Source of the DNA: Antedon mediterranea
Taxonomy: Eukaryota; Animalia; Echinodermata
NCBI RefSeq assembly: GCF_964355755.1
Contig: NC_092673.1
Coordinates: 17,419,648-17,483,647 of the forward strand
DNA: 64,000 bases
Reading direction: 5' to 3'
Shown here: one piece after another, positions 40,701-55,700 of the stretch
Layout of the letters: each line of letters opens with the position of its first letter
How positions within the stretch are numbered: the first letter of the stretch is position 1
The notes under the pieces: generated by a model
The model's input: only the letters and a program-made list of their open reading frames with translations
What the model was told of the DNA's origin: nothing
Databases searched by the model: none
Position numbers and translations under genes: made by a program

Positions 40701-43700
40701 ACTAATAATATTGTGTCTAGAGCTTCTAGACGTTTATTTTCCTTGTGCATTTTGAAGAAAGCAGGAATCTTAATTAATGATCTGTTGACTGTTTATATGG
40801 CGTATATAAGACCTATTTTAGAATATGCTGCCCCTGTTTGGCATGGCGCTATCACTAAGGACATGTCCAAGTCTATTGAAAAGGTACAAAAGAGAGCATT
40901 GCGTATCATGCTAGGTAACAACTATTTGTGCTATGATCATGCATTGTCTGTTACTGGTTTACCTACTCTTGTAGAGAGAAGAAACAAACTTGTGTTGTCT
41001 TTCGGGGAAGGCTTATTAAAATCCGAGCTGTTTAGAGAAATACTTCCCCCTCTTCATAAGCCAGCTCGGTCTCTCAGAGTCAACCGCTTTCTAGAAGTAC
41101 CTCATTGTAAAACCAGCAGACTTAGGTCGTCTCCAGTTCCCACCATGGTGGATATAATTAATAGGCACCACTAGCTCTTTTTTAGATATGTAATAAGTGA
41201 ATGTTTTAAGGTTTTTTATTCATGTATGTTTTTAATTGTATGGTACGATATCTAATTTTATTAAGATGTTTCTATTTTTATAGCAATTTTAACTAATTTT
41301 TAGTCATTTGTAATACATTTCATTTCAGTCCTTGACTGTCGTTTTGTAATATATTTTTATATACCGAATAAATAAAAAAAATAAATACATTTTTTCGTAT
41401 ACAAGAAATTAAATAATGCAGGGAGTTAAAAATAAAATTATATTAGCTAATTTCCAAATTTCATTCCAACTCAATTCATACATATCTTTTCCATTTTTCT
41501 TAATTTTTTGATATACATAATTGTTTTCATGATCAGTTCTCAATTAAAATGTTAGACATCAGTACAAATACATTTTGTTATATATCAGAATATCATAGAC
41601 ATTGGTTGTGGTTGAAAATTTTAGATAGGCCGTGAAAACGTAGTAGCCTACAACAACTCTTACTGTAGGCCTAACTAGTTAGTCATAGCCTTTCTAATTT
41701 TATTGCAATAATGTCTTGCCTAGAGCATAGTGCATGAGATATTCTACCCAGGCCTTCACCTATTCTTTACTACTCTGAACTTGTGTGTGCATAGCTAGAT
41801 CAAATGAAACACAATTATGGAAAAGTCCATTAATTATGGTGATTATTTCGTTTTAATTACACTTGATACTGTGGTTTATTAAATCACATCCCTACGTCAA
41901 CAGTCACATATTTCTGTAATCATATAGGCAATAGTTTAAATACATCAAGAAATTGGTACGACTTAATTTGGACATGACTATCTTCCAACTCCACTCCCTG
42001 AGCCTCAAGTTTATCCATCCCGTAATTGGCGAGTTGCTTGCTGTTAGATTCGTATGAAATAAGACCAAACAAAAAAATCATTTATTTTACTTTTTGTTCA
42101 CTCTCACAAATGTGTTCCTTTAAATATTATTTTGTTATCAGTCGAAAAGGATATTCCATTTGCTATTGCTTTTTATAAGAAAGCGTACAATGAAGCCTCA
42201 AAGTGATTTAGTATATATTTAGTATACGTCGTATACAAACGTATATAGTATATGAATGTATATGAATGTATTTTTTCGACCACTAACATGCATAGCGCCA
42301 TTGATTTTGTACCTCTGTCTTTGAATTGAAGCTTTATAAATTTTTGATATACTGTAATAATAATAATAATAACATAGGTTGGTTTTTTGCAAAGGGTTAC
42401 CTTGGACAACATACTGTACCAGTATATATCTGTCTATATATAAAGATGTGTCATCACTATCTTGTTTATATTGAAATGGATTCTATGAATAGTATTGGTA
42501 CAGTATTATAATTTATTGTATATCTTAAATCCTGTTGAACCAAACTTTTAGAACATAATATTGTAATGTTAAATTTAACTGAGGCTAAATAACTATAAAA
42601 ACAGTACTATGGTCAGATTTAGACTTCCAAGGAGTGAGTGGCTTATATTGATTAATTATCTCCTGTACAGTACCATGTTGGCTGTAAAGTCTTGTGGTGT
42701 AAGTGGTCAATTTCACTTTTTCAGACGTGCAATGTGATACAGAGACTACTGCATTTTTCAGTATTCTTAAATAAAGTCTAGCCTAAAATCTGATTAGCAA
42801 ACACTAGACTTTGTTGTTTTCTTAATCTAGCCATTATCATCAGTCGGATTTTTAAAATTAACAATTCAGTCAGACAGTTATCATTTATTAAAATAATATA
42901 TTATATCAAATTTTAAAAAAATGGCCACTGAGCATTACTTTTGTAGCCTACTGTTTGTATGGTTATGTTCTGTTTTTTTTAAAGGTGAAATAAATTATAT
43001 GATTTCTTATCAACTATGTCCTATTATTTTATTTACAGGCAGGACAGATTTCCAAAGTTTTAAAGTTGGTCTCAGTAGATGCTTTGATGATATTATGATG
43101 GAAATATACCATTGGCTAAAATTCCTACTATTTGGTCACTTGGGTTTTATTACATATCAAGATTTCAATTACTTGCTCATTGCACTTAAAGACAAAGGTT
43201 TTATCTCACCAACCAATGTTTATTTGCTGCTAGAGATTGCACAGCTATCAGAAATCAAAGCTGCTGAAGTACTTGTAATACTGTATATGAAAGACAATGT
43301 TCAGGACAGGCCTGATACAAGTTTGTCATCTTACAGAAAGCAACTGTTTAAGGCCCTGAGACTGAGAGAAGAAGACCAAAATACATTACGTGATGTTATT
43401 GATTTGTACGAGTTGACAAGTGATGACTTCACCAATATCTGGGATGCAGTTCTTTATCTGGAGATTAAGAAAGAATTAGCAGATGATTCCGTCAAAATAC
43501 AAAAGTTTGCAAATTGTCTAAGCACAAGAGCAAGAAACACACTACTTGGTATGTTATAGAACTATCCTGAAGTTAATTGTTGATGTTATGTTTATTTTAA
43601 CAAAAAAAGTTATGTAATGGTAATTTAATTTCAATAAAATAATAACACTAATTTAATTTAAAGTTCAGAATATATTAACTGATTATTTGATTATTTATAG

Positions 43701-46700
43701 GCAACAGTGAGAAGGACAAGAATGAGACTGCATCTTCAAGTCAACAATTGTTACCAACAGAAGGTAATTTTTCATAAAGTAAATTAGAGAATAGTAGGGA
43801 TAAAAAAAGATTATGAAAATGTGATTTATGATTTCTTTATTATTTATTTATTTTGATCACTATATTTCAAGAGGGTGTCCCAGCCTGCGTGATTTTATGG
43901 GGCCCTCAACAAGACAAAAGGACAAAAACAAAGAATCATAAAAAATTATGATATCAACAAGATGATAATGACAAAGAAGTTGATAATGAGAATGATATTC
44001 TAACATTTAGTAATTCACATCATATTTTAATACAAAGAATATATTGTTGATTTTTAAGATAAAAATGAAATAAATTTAAATGGGGGAATAACCTGTGACT
44101 TGCAGCCTACTGGGCTGAATTTGGTGTGGGCGGCACATACTTCAACTTCTTCCCTAAGGTTCCCTTCGTGTCGAGTGCTGCTACCAAACGAGACCTGTTC
44201 GTCTGTCCACAACAATATTTCTGACCTTGGGCCCACAACTTAGGGCATGTATGTATCTCCATAACTAATGGTCGTAGACACTTGAATTTGGTTTTTTAAA
44301 CCAATTCAAGTGTTTACGACCATTAGTTACAGAGAATAATTTAAAAATTATTCGAAATATACACGTTGTTATATTTTACACATTTTGACAAATGTTACAA
44401 AAGGTCAAGGGTTATATAAACAAACACAAATTGTATCTCAGCAACCACTGGGTTGGTTTTAACAGTGACCATGAAGGAGTTTTTTAAAATTACGTATCTT
44501 AAGTTTAAAGATAATATTTAATAATATAATAAGGCTGTATTTATGATTATTCTAAGATCATTAATGTTGTGCCCAAGGCAGGCAAATTAAATGGCAACCT
44601 AAAAAACTGTGGATAACCAAAGAATTTATAGGTCTAATATGGAAAAACGCAGATTGTACAAAGCAGATCTCTTATTCTGAACAATTAAAGTGACCTATCT
44701 TTCTAATTTTTATCAGGGGGACAATAAATCTTATGTACATGTATGTTTAATAAAGGAACTAACATAGCTTTCAACACTGCCAATGTGTATTATTAAATTC
44801 TATCCATACTATCAGGCTTATCTGGTATTTAACTGATTGACAAATTTATTGTTAGATACTGATTATTTGCTCTTGTTCAACCATGTAGCATGTGTGGTCT
44901 TCTGGTTTGTTTTGGTAAAAAAAAAGTGGAAATATTTTGTGTCAGGTCAGGTCAATATAACAAATTTTTCTACAGTACCATAACACTACTGTATATTTAC
45001 AATGATAAATAGTACAAATACTAATTAAAATTAATTAAGTTGGATGGTGAGAATATTTCAGGAGTTGAAAAATTGAATAAAGCAGTTTTTCAACAAATAC
45101 AAAACATTCATTATTTGTTTTATGATACACCTACTTTTATTTAATTTATCTATCGTAAATCATTGATGAATGCTTGGTCGGGAAGCTAGGCCATTAGAGA
45201 AGGCAGTGCTCCAACTTTAAATTCGGAGTACAGTTATAGACGGCACGCACAACAAGTTGATTCTCCAAATTTTTACAAAAAGCTGAGTGTTCATACTGTA
45301 ATTATCACCATTAGATATATCCCTTTTCCATGAGATAGGGCTAATTTCAAATGACACGTAATGCCTAATTAAATGAATCAAATTGCATGAATACAATCAG
45401 GTATATACAATAAATTGGTTTATTTAGTTCTTGTTACATTAGAAAAAATTCTGATAAATTTGTTTTTATAATTACTCGCGAAATGGCGCCTTCGACAGCC
45501 TTCCGCAGCCTTCCGCAACCATCGGGATATGTTTGTGTTGTGGGGATAGCTACTCCAGTATTTTATCTGCAATGTTGAATATTCCAATGTATTGGTGGTG
45601 AAAAAGAAATATGAAAACAAGTACGAACCTTTTGTTGTAGTTTATTGTACAAATATGAAAACATATACAGTATCTTATAATGTGGCCTAGTAAAATACTG
45701 CAATCGAATATGACATATAGGCCTAGGCCTACATAATCCTGGCGCCACCCTTGTACTTACGGCTGCTGCTGATAACAGTACGTATAATCCTTTTGGCGTT
45801 AATGTAGTTTCGTACCCAACGCTTAAAATTGCTCAAAATTGTTTCAATTATACTTCATCCAACCTACTCACGGTTGTCTACTTTTTTTAGAAATCCATTT
45901 TCAGCTTAGCTTAATGAAAATCATCGCTACGCTACAATAGCGGCCGGATAACATGTAGAGTAGCGTGGGCTTGTTCACCTAGTTGTATTGTGTGTGTTGT
46001 TAATTAAAACCACTTTAAAATCGAAATCCAAAAATTTTTATTTACTACTACTGTACATGTAATACATATAACAGTGATATTGATTAGGGCGTCATCCGTT
46101 CACCCACTAATGAGTTTTACAATAACAACACAATTTTCCCTTACTCAAATTATAATATATATAACTACTGTTACTCATGATGCTTAATTCTTATTGAGCT
46201 TTATTGTTTATTTCAGATCTACACCAACCAAAAAATCTCAGGTAAGTAAAAACTAGGTATTAGTATGCTTTGGAGTAGCCCAAATGACATTTGCTTTTCC
46301 TGAGTGAGTGATGCCTTTCATACTATATATAAAGTATGGTTAATTCTGACATAGGCGAGCACAATGGAAAAACTTCGGGACAAATCTCCGACTTTGATAC
46401 CTACCTTATCTATCTCAGATGTACCGCGAAACGAAGATTTGGTAACATTAGTTTCCAATATTCCGTATTTCTATCTTAGGACGATATTATAAAGCGTTTT
46501 GAAACAAAATTTCTGATTTCATCGGTAGATTTTCAACTGTGAACGGTAGAAGTAATTTCCGGGTTCACTGTGAGTCCACAGGTTCACCTTGCAACTTCCT
46601 GGTTTCAACTAAGTTGGCCGTTGGTGGTGATAGCCATCTTAAGTTTTTGTTTATTTTCGGACGGTGCGTGTGAAGGTGCAGTAGCAAAATAAAAATTATA

Positions 46701-49700
46701 CTGCAAATTAATAAAGATCAAATTAAATATACGGCATAAAGCATCCGAGTATATTGTGGGGAATAGTATATAAAATTACATAGGGTGAACTGATGATAAG
46801 ACCTTTTGTTTGAAATCAAGTGAAACCCCGATAACCAAGTTATTGAGTAAGCTGGCAGGAATACAAGCCATCTAAAACGTCCTCCTTCTTAGGCCGAAAC
46901 GGCCCACTTTTTCGCAGAAGTTAGTTTCAAAAGATGTTTAAACTAAATAATGTATTATAATTATAGCAATTAGAATGGTATTTATTTGAATAAACGCTGA
47001 ACACCTTCCCAATAAAACATCACTTAGAATAATTATTGCATTTTGTATTATATTTGTAACACAATTATACTATTACTATCTGTTATCTAAAATTTACCAA
47101 GCATTTGTTATTCTTTTTTACCACTTTTCATATCTATTAGAGGATTTTATTTGATTATAAATGTTACCATATTATTAAAACTAAAAAAATAAACGTATGC
47201 CTTGAATAAGCACCTCCCTCAAATGAACTCCGCCTCCCACCTCCGCCCTACAAGGGCCCTCCAAACAATAAACACTATACTTTAAAATGTTATTAATCAT
47301 CTAAAGCCCTTTTCACATAGAATTGCGGCAATATCCCAGTAAGCAAGCCGGTATTATTGCCGGTCTAGACCCATTCACACAAAAGGTAATTTTACCGTTT
47401 TCTGTGTGAAAGGCCACAGTGAAAAGGTGCAATATTTAAAGATTACTGTCGTCATAAAATAGAGGTCGCACTTTTTTCGAAAAAAAAAATGGCGGGCACC
47501 GCCAATGAAACACGCCATGCGCGCACATGTTTGCTGATGTTGTTTTGTGTGTCCATCTTTAATTTTATTGGTTTTTATTTACGATGCATAAAACCTATAT
47601 TTTTGCCTAACACAACTCCGTGTTAATAACTGCCCGATTCTACAGAAACAAAATCTATTAGGCCTACAAATATTAATTTAATTTAAATTATCAGAAGCTG
47701 TTATGAGCTAGCACCAGGCGCGCGCACCGGAGGATGTTCCTGCTAGAACTATGCTAACTAGGGCCTAGGCTTATGTACGTTACAGCAAGTTAAATAACCT
47801 TTGGACCAACATCTGTTATATTTTTATTATTATTGGCTGTATTCTTCCATGTATTATTTACACACTAACCTAAACAAATATATATATTGATAAAATCTAA
47901 TAATTTGGCCTAAAATAATTGTCACAGTCTTCTCATAATAAATGAAAATGTCCCGAATTTATCCTTGCTTCGCTGCGTAAGCAGGCGTTATATCGTGGAC
48001 TCTTTCACACAAATCAGGCTTACGACCGTGACGGTAATAATATTTATTTATTTATTTATTTATTTGGAATTACACCTTTAGATCGGTGGCACACTTAGCA
48101 CAAAGGTGCATCCTTCACAATATAAAATATAACAATTAACAGAAAAGTAAAAAAAGGCAAAAGCAACTATCAACCCCTATCCTACCCCCCCCCCCCCCCC
48201 AATTTACATCGATACATACAGTAGATCATTACTTTACACAATGAATACAAAACAAGATATAGTAAAAGTGTATAAAATAAAATAAAATCAGCTGATAAAC
48301 ACAGCTTATTACGAAAAACCCCCAACCCACTTTTATTTCAATTTACTTAATGTAGCAATGTAGATAACATAGTTATTGAGTCATGGAATTCAGTGAATCA
48401 TTTCGAAATTGCCATGCTTGTTTTAGGTATCTTTTACAAAAACTATCCAAAATATTTTCACACTCTTCATCAATTAAATTATCTGAGTATCCCAAAATAT
48501 ATTTAAGTTTGTCATTTTCAGGAGAAGTATAAAAAGTATCAAACATATCTTTGCTGCCATTTCTATACATATCCACATATAAATGAAATAATTCCTGATT
48601 ACGTATATTATTTAAAGCTGGACAATTAAGGATGAAATGATGGATGTCTTCGTCCGAATTTGTACCGCACAATTTACATTTTTTATTATTATCAATATTC
48701 CAATTTGCAGTTCTATCATTCAAAGGTAGAGTATTTGAACGAGCTTTAAATTTTAATGCAGCACCTTCAAAATTATTTTTATCAATTAAGTAATTTTCAA
48801 GTCCAGGTTTTGATTTTAATGTTTCATAGATGTGGAGACTTGATTTATTTTGTAATTCAATTCTCCATTCATCTATCATTATATAGTTAAGTTTTCTTAA
48901 GATTTCAGAAATTGGAAAGTAGACTTCTTTATAATTTGAGAGAGTGGTGAAAATATTTTTGGATTCACAATTACACTTCAAGAGAATATCGTTTATACAA
49001 GATAGAAACTTATACCTTAAGTCTTTAAATTCACAATTAAGTTGTAGCATTCCAATAAACATAATTTTTGGCCATCGATAGTTTTCCATCTTTATAATTC
49101 TATGGAAGTATTTCATACGAAGAGCGTTATGAATCTTGTTAATTGGAGACCAACCAAGCTCTCCATATAAGGCGGCACAAGGAGTATTTCGAGGTGCTTT
49201 TAAGATATAACGTGCCATTTGGAGCTGGAGACGCTCTAGTTTATCTATATCTATTCTACTTAAAGAGCACCATACTGAACAACCATAGTTGATAGATGGG
49301 AGAACTATCGATCTCCACAGAGTATCCCCATAATATACTCTGTTAAAGTTATCAAAGCTACTGATAATTGATTTAACGTACGCTATTAATCTTTGACCTT
49401 TTTTTATAACATTCTCAATTTGTATATGGTCATTTAATTTACGAGAAATATGTACACCGAGATATTTATATGATTCAGTTTCAGATATAAAGCCATTACC
49501 TAATTTCCATTGTCTTACTTTATCAACACGTTTACCAGTTATCAGTATATTTGACTTTTCAAAATTAAAGCATAATTTCCATTCCTTAGCAAAATTTCCT
49601 GCAAGGTCTAACATTCTTTTCATTTCCAGTTCATTGTTAGCTAATAATACAATATCATCAGCCCAAAAAAGGCTACCCATCCATGTATCATTTATTCTAA

Positions 49701-52700
49701 TACCTATATCCTTGGATCTTAACATTTTGGTAAACTCATTTATGTAGATGCTAAATAAAACAGGTGATAAAACGCACCCTTGCTTTACTCCTTGATCAAT
49801 ATCAAAAATATCTGTATCAATTATACCAGAGGAGACTTTACCTTTAACATTAGCATAAAGCTTATCAATCATCCTCCATACCTTTCCTCTTATTCCTGTA
49901 TTCCAAATTGATTTCATTAAGCCGTCTCTCCATACACTATCAAATGCTTTTCGGAAGTCCAAGAAGGCCATGTATGTATGCTTACCCTGTTGTAAGCGAC
50001 AAGTTGCTATACTCTTTAAAACAAAGATATGATCTTCGCATCTATACGAAGGTCGAAAGCCTCCCTGGACTTCCGAAAGAATAGCATTGTCTTCAAGATA
50101 GAGAGAGATATTTTTGGCAACTATCCTATTAAAAATTTTGGATATACAAGAGGTTAACGATATCCCTCGATAATTATTGAGATCATTGCGATCCCCTTTT
50201 TTGTAAATAGGAACAATTACACTAATATTCCACTCGCTTGGTATTTGTTCTAGTTTTAAAATTTGTAAAAATAGGTCTAATATAGATCTGATTAATTTGT
50301 CGCCACCATTCTTAATTAATTCATTTGTTATATTATCTAGACCTGGTGACTTATTATTCTTTGCCATTAGTATAGCCTCTTTTACAATATCATAATCTAT
50401 CTTAACATCATACAAACAATTTTCGTCAACATCTTTATCATATGTACAATTTGTTTTTGTTTGATTTCTAATATTATTAACAAAACGACTTGTAAGGTAA
50501 GTACCGCAATCATTAAGATTCATATTGGCTTTGCCAAGATTTTCCCAGTAATCTTTTACAACCTCATTCATTTTCCCTTTTTCAACAATGTTTTCACCAG
50601 AGTCTCTTGATTTAATACATTGAATATTTTTACTGTTATTTGTATTGCCTTTTAGCACTTTCCAAAAGTCTTTACAAGATTTACCACCTTTGTTTGCAAT
50701 TTCAATAGATTTCCTAACACGTTTTTCTGTGATTTTCTGAGCAACAAGTTGCTTAACATGTTTCTGTGCCTCTTTATAATGTTCCCACAGTGTAACGCCA
50801 TTATCATAATTCATAGTATTATTTGTGTTATTATTATCAGTACAGTTCCTATTAGTAATTTTATTATTTTTAACCCATGTTCTGTGTTCTCGCGACGCAA
50901 TTTTCCTTTTTTTGATGGCATCGTCTATCTCTTTGTCAAACCACGGTTTGTTTTTATTATTTACACGTCTAATTCCGATACCTTCAGTGGCTGCCTCGAT
51001 AATTTTTTCCTTCCACAAATCCCATGTAGTATCGATATTCTTTTCGTTACTAACATTCCAGTCATTAAATTTTTCTTCAACTTTTTGTTGATAAAAGGAA
51101 TAATCTTGGTTATGTTTAATATCCCAAATTGGTTTATTTTGATTACTTGTCTGTTGATTACTTATGTTAAGATTATTTAGTGTTAACCATAACACACAAT
51201 GGTCACTCCCAAAACTAAATTGTCTATGCTCATCAATAATTAGTTTATTTACATAATTTATTAAGGATTTTGAGCATAACATGTAGTCTATCGTGCTTTG
51301 TTGATTATTTCTTTGCCATGTTATTTTACCTTCACAAAAAATAGTACTATTAAGGTTAGTTAAATTAGCGTTTTTAGTAAATTGTATTAGCCTTTCTCCA
51401 TTTGAGTTTATTACGGGGTCTCCGTTATATATGGAGTCACCAATCCGTGCGTTAAAATCACCTAGAAGTAGAATAAGAGGATTCATTTCCTTCTCTTCAA
51501 TTCTAATTATTTCAGAGAGCAGTTGGGCGTATAGATCGTCAGTCAAATCATTGTTTACTCCCTGGACCGGGAAATATGCAACACAAATATATAATGGTAC
51601 CTTATCTACGCTAACTTTTACCCATAATCTTTCAAAATCATCATCTATACAGTTTAAAACATTTTCAGATGTAACCACTATTTTGTCTGATAGGAATAAC
51701 CCAATACCACCCCCCTTCTTCCCGTTACGTTCTTTCCCAACCCAGTTATAACCTTTAATAGAGATTGCGTTGCTCTCTTTTAAGTGTGTTTCAGCAATAC
51801 CAAGTATATCAATACTCTTACTATATATAAACTTTTCAATTTCATAAATCCTATGTTTGCTTAAGCAGTTAATATTATTAAAACATATATTTAGGCTATT
51901 TTTACCTACAGGTATATTTTTCTTTTTCTTTCTACCTCCTCTTCGGTGTTTTGTTTGTCGCTTTGGAGCTCGAGGATGTATATCGATGTTTAGTTCATTG
52001 TTAAGTTCATCAGGTAGGATGCTATAAATGTTCGGTGTTTCGATATTAATATCTACATTGCTGGCGTTGTCCTATGTTGAACGATAATATTACTCCAATT
52101 TTACTAGGTCCAGAGGTGGTCTAACGGAAGCCGACATTAGGGGTTTTTACCCTTTCACACATAAGCCGACGTTCGCGAATTACCGCAATATTACCGTCTT
52201 ACAGCTTTGTGAGAAAGGGGCTTAAGACACTGTGAAACAGAGTAGGTTTAGTTTTACGAATATCAAGCATTTCAATAATGGTAACCAACAGAAAACGTCC
52301 AAGCCAGAACGTCCTTCTAAAACCTTTTTACCAAATCATTATCATTCCGAGAATCATCCTCTAAACTTAACTTTGAGAGCACATCTGTATCACATACAGG
52401 GTAGTAGTAGGTTTAACATTTATAAATAACAAGGAGTGCTATTTTTTAGAATATGCTCTCATATATATATTTACTGAGAAAGTTGATTAACCATCGTTTC
52501 ACCTCAATGGTTGCACTAAATACAGATTAAAAGTAACCTTTAGTATCATATGTGTTTTTATTTAATCCTGACTAAAAGGCCCAATTCAGTTTGCTATATA
52601 CCATAAAAAGTCGTAAGATCCCATGACAAATATAGCATCTTAGCTCATAAACATTGTGCTCCTGCTGAATTATATTAGTATACTATTAATGCACTGTAGT

Positions 52701-55700
52701 TTTAGTTTTAATTTTTTTTACATTTTTATTTCCAGCCTCAAAGAACGCATACAGACATTTTTCAAAGGTAGTGTAATCATATATTATATTATATTTAAGG
52801 GTTAATTGCAATTTCTAAAGCAAAATATTTTTTTCAAATATTAATTATGTTTTTGTGGTCCTACAAAATATTATTTTATTTCATCAAAACCAACAGCAAT
52901 GAATGTTGCCACTTAATATAACATAATACAAATATTTTAATGTTAGTTTTTATTTATATATCAGTAAACACCAATTATAAATATAAAGATAAACCCCAAA
53001 TAAAAAATTTAATAATCTTTAAGAGCCATTGTCTGTAAGAATCAAAGAAATATCAAAAAGAGTGGCAGACTCAAAAAAATGGATTTCTTTCAAATTTTGC
53101 ACATGGCTATATATGTGTTGAAAGAAATCAAATATGAAGTATTTTTTATTTCACACGTATATTTCCATGGCAACGGCCAAATTTGTGTTTTTGACAAATT
53201 TTGTCCGTTTTTAAGGTTTTTTAAAATGGATATTGGTACTACTTTGATGAACGATATTTTTGTGTTGTTCATTTAATTATAAAAAATAATTAGTGTATGC
53301 ATAATAACAATGCATTGTGTACCTGTTTCAAATTTTTTTATTTTTTTTTATTTCATACCTTGGGAGATACCATTTATTTAAAAAGGGGTGTTTTTCACTT
53401 TTTTTAAATTGTTCAATGCAACTAAACTTTACTTCACCATAACGCCCAAAGTGGTGTATTTTTTTAGCTGATTTATTACAAATAGGTAGTTCTAATGTTT
53501 AATAATTGATTTCTAAAATAAAATACTGGGGTAAATTTAAAATCTACAAGCAGTGTTGCGAGAAACATAGGCATTTTTATAAAAAAAAAAAACATGGTAT
53601 ATTAGTAAAAACATTTTATTTTCTTTGATTATTTGATTTGAAACTCATTGGTCAGAAAAATTCTTAATGTTTTATATAGTTCTAGTTGTGTTGTGAGAAA
53701 AAAAAATTAATTTTTAACTATAGATTCTGTAATTCCCAGTTTTAATGTCATTTTATAGGTTATATCCTCTGGAAATTTGAATAAATTATCAGATCGTTGT
53801 GAATTTTAATCTTTGCAACAGATTACTCCACTCTTATTTTGAAGCTCCTCTTTCATTTGTTTACTTCTTTTATTTGCTAACCTAAGCAGATCCCACATGC
53901 CCATCCACCACCACTTTCGACTACCCCCCCCCCCCCCACCCCGACCAACTATAACCACAAAAAGATAAACTGCAACACTTTGGTCGATCATCCACTATAG
54001 AGTGTCAAATGCATGCATTCAAGCACCACCCACACTGCCGCTACTATCGCCCCAATGAATAGACGGATTCAAACTCCTCCATCCCATCCCCTCCCCTATT
54101 CTCCAAGCCCCCACCCACCCCAAGTTAAAAATTGCAATGCAAAAGATAGGACATAAAGTTAAGTTTTTAGACCCTCGCCTTCAACCCCCTAACTATTTAA
54201 AAGTCCTGGATCCACCACTTTCCCCTCCCCAAAATAGAACCAATCAAAAGTCAAGGTATGTTAATGCTACATAACAAATATTGAAGCCCTGATTTGAAAT
54301 TTCATTTCATTTAAGGTCAGCATGTAAAATATCACACTTTATTATTAAATATTGGTTTTAAATTCTATATTTTTTTTTACTATGATGGTTGGATTCAGTT
54401 ATAATTATTAATTAATAATTATCTGATAATTATTTAATTTCCCTTAGTTATGCATAGCAACAGTTACTATGGTAACTAAAAATGAGATATTCTTTAGATT
54501 TTGCATATTTATCTCATACAAATTTAAATTTGTAGATAATTAGCAGGCATGCCTTATTTGCATTTTCAAATTACCGTTTCACAAGGTCATATTCGTAAGC
54601 ACTTTCTTCTGTGATTATTTTTATTCATGAAAATCCCATATTTTATTTACAGCGGCCACCTCCCTTGACGGACGCACTTTGAAAAGCCTGTTTGTTCTTC
54701 CTATCTAATTAGTGCATTTGGTGCTTACCGTAAGCAACTGCGGGCACCTTTTTATACTAAAAATGAGATTTTTTGTAAGCGGCCAATCGAAAAATGCGAT
54801 ACTTATTGCATGGACCTATGAATTAGAGGTGCATGTTTATTGTATTTCTTTATATATTAGCTTTATTTTGAAGAGGTTTTAAAAACATTACTGTGAAGAG
54901 ATGAGAAAACTACACAGATTTTGACCGACCATTTTTCATATAATAACAGTTTTTAAAATTTGTCTGAAAATGCTAAAAAATACTAAACCACCTGATTATA
55001 AATAATAATAGGCCTACAATTAGCTGGAAAATTGAGAGTTTTGTTTCGTTAAGAATATCGTATATTGCCATAAGTGATTTTGACCCTTTATCGGCAGAAC
55101 CTCCCGTAAGGGGTCACCGCCCGTAAGTGGCCACTTTTCCAGGTCCCGAGGGTGGCCACTTACGGGAGGTTCAACTGTATTTAAAAAAACAATTATCCTT
55201 AGTTATACATAGAAACAGGTTCTAAGATAACATAAATAATACATTTTGACATAACTTGACCCAACAAATGACCCTTTCACAAGGTCAGACATTTTCTGGG
55301 ATTCAGTAGATAAGTAAATTTGGGAAAAGGTAGTAAAGCTATGTAATCAATTGTTTGTAGTCATGAAACCCCATATTAAAAATATTGTACTTAGTTACGT
55401 ATAGAAACAGTTGCTACAATACACTATAGGTAAAATGTTGATGTCATTTGACCTCAATATGTAAACAATTTTTTTTTTCATGAAACTCCATATTTAATTT
55501 TTTTTTTAAATATCATTTGTTACGTAAACAGGTTTAAGATAACACTATAAAGGTCATTTTTTTACCTTTATTCAGATTCGTCAAGACTTTCTTTCTGAGA
55601 TTATTAGGATTCAGTATTTAAAGTAAAATGTTGACCTCAAAATGAATGAATTTACAAGGTCAAGTTTGTCATTAATGGAATGCAGTAGAAGTAAAATTGA

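Larger units (their letters stand above)
47305..52222. mobile_element. PIF/Harbinger-type non-autonomous element carrying a nested LINE
   Basis: TIR AGCCCTTTTCACA / TGTGAGAAAGGGGCT, TAA TSD; the empty site tcatcTAAgacactg is visible in the paralogous block at ~58535. Confidence 0.88.

Noticed and set aside
50749-51751. Plus-strand ORFs of 88-143 aa
   Set aside because: Antisense to LINE ORF2
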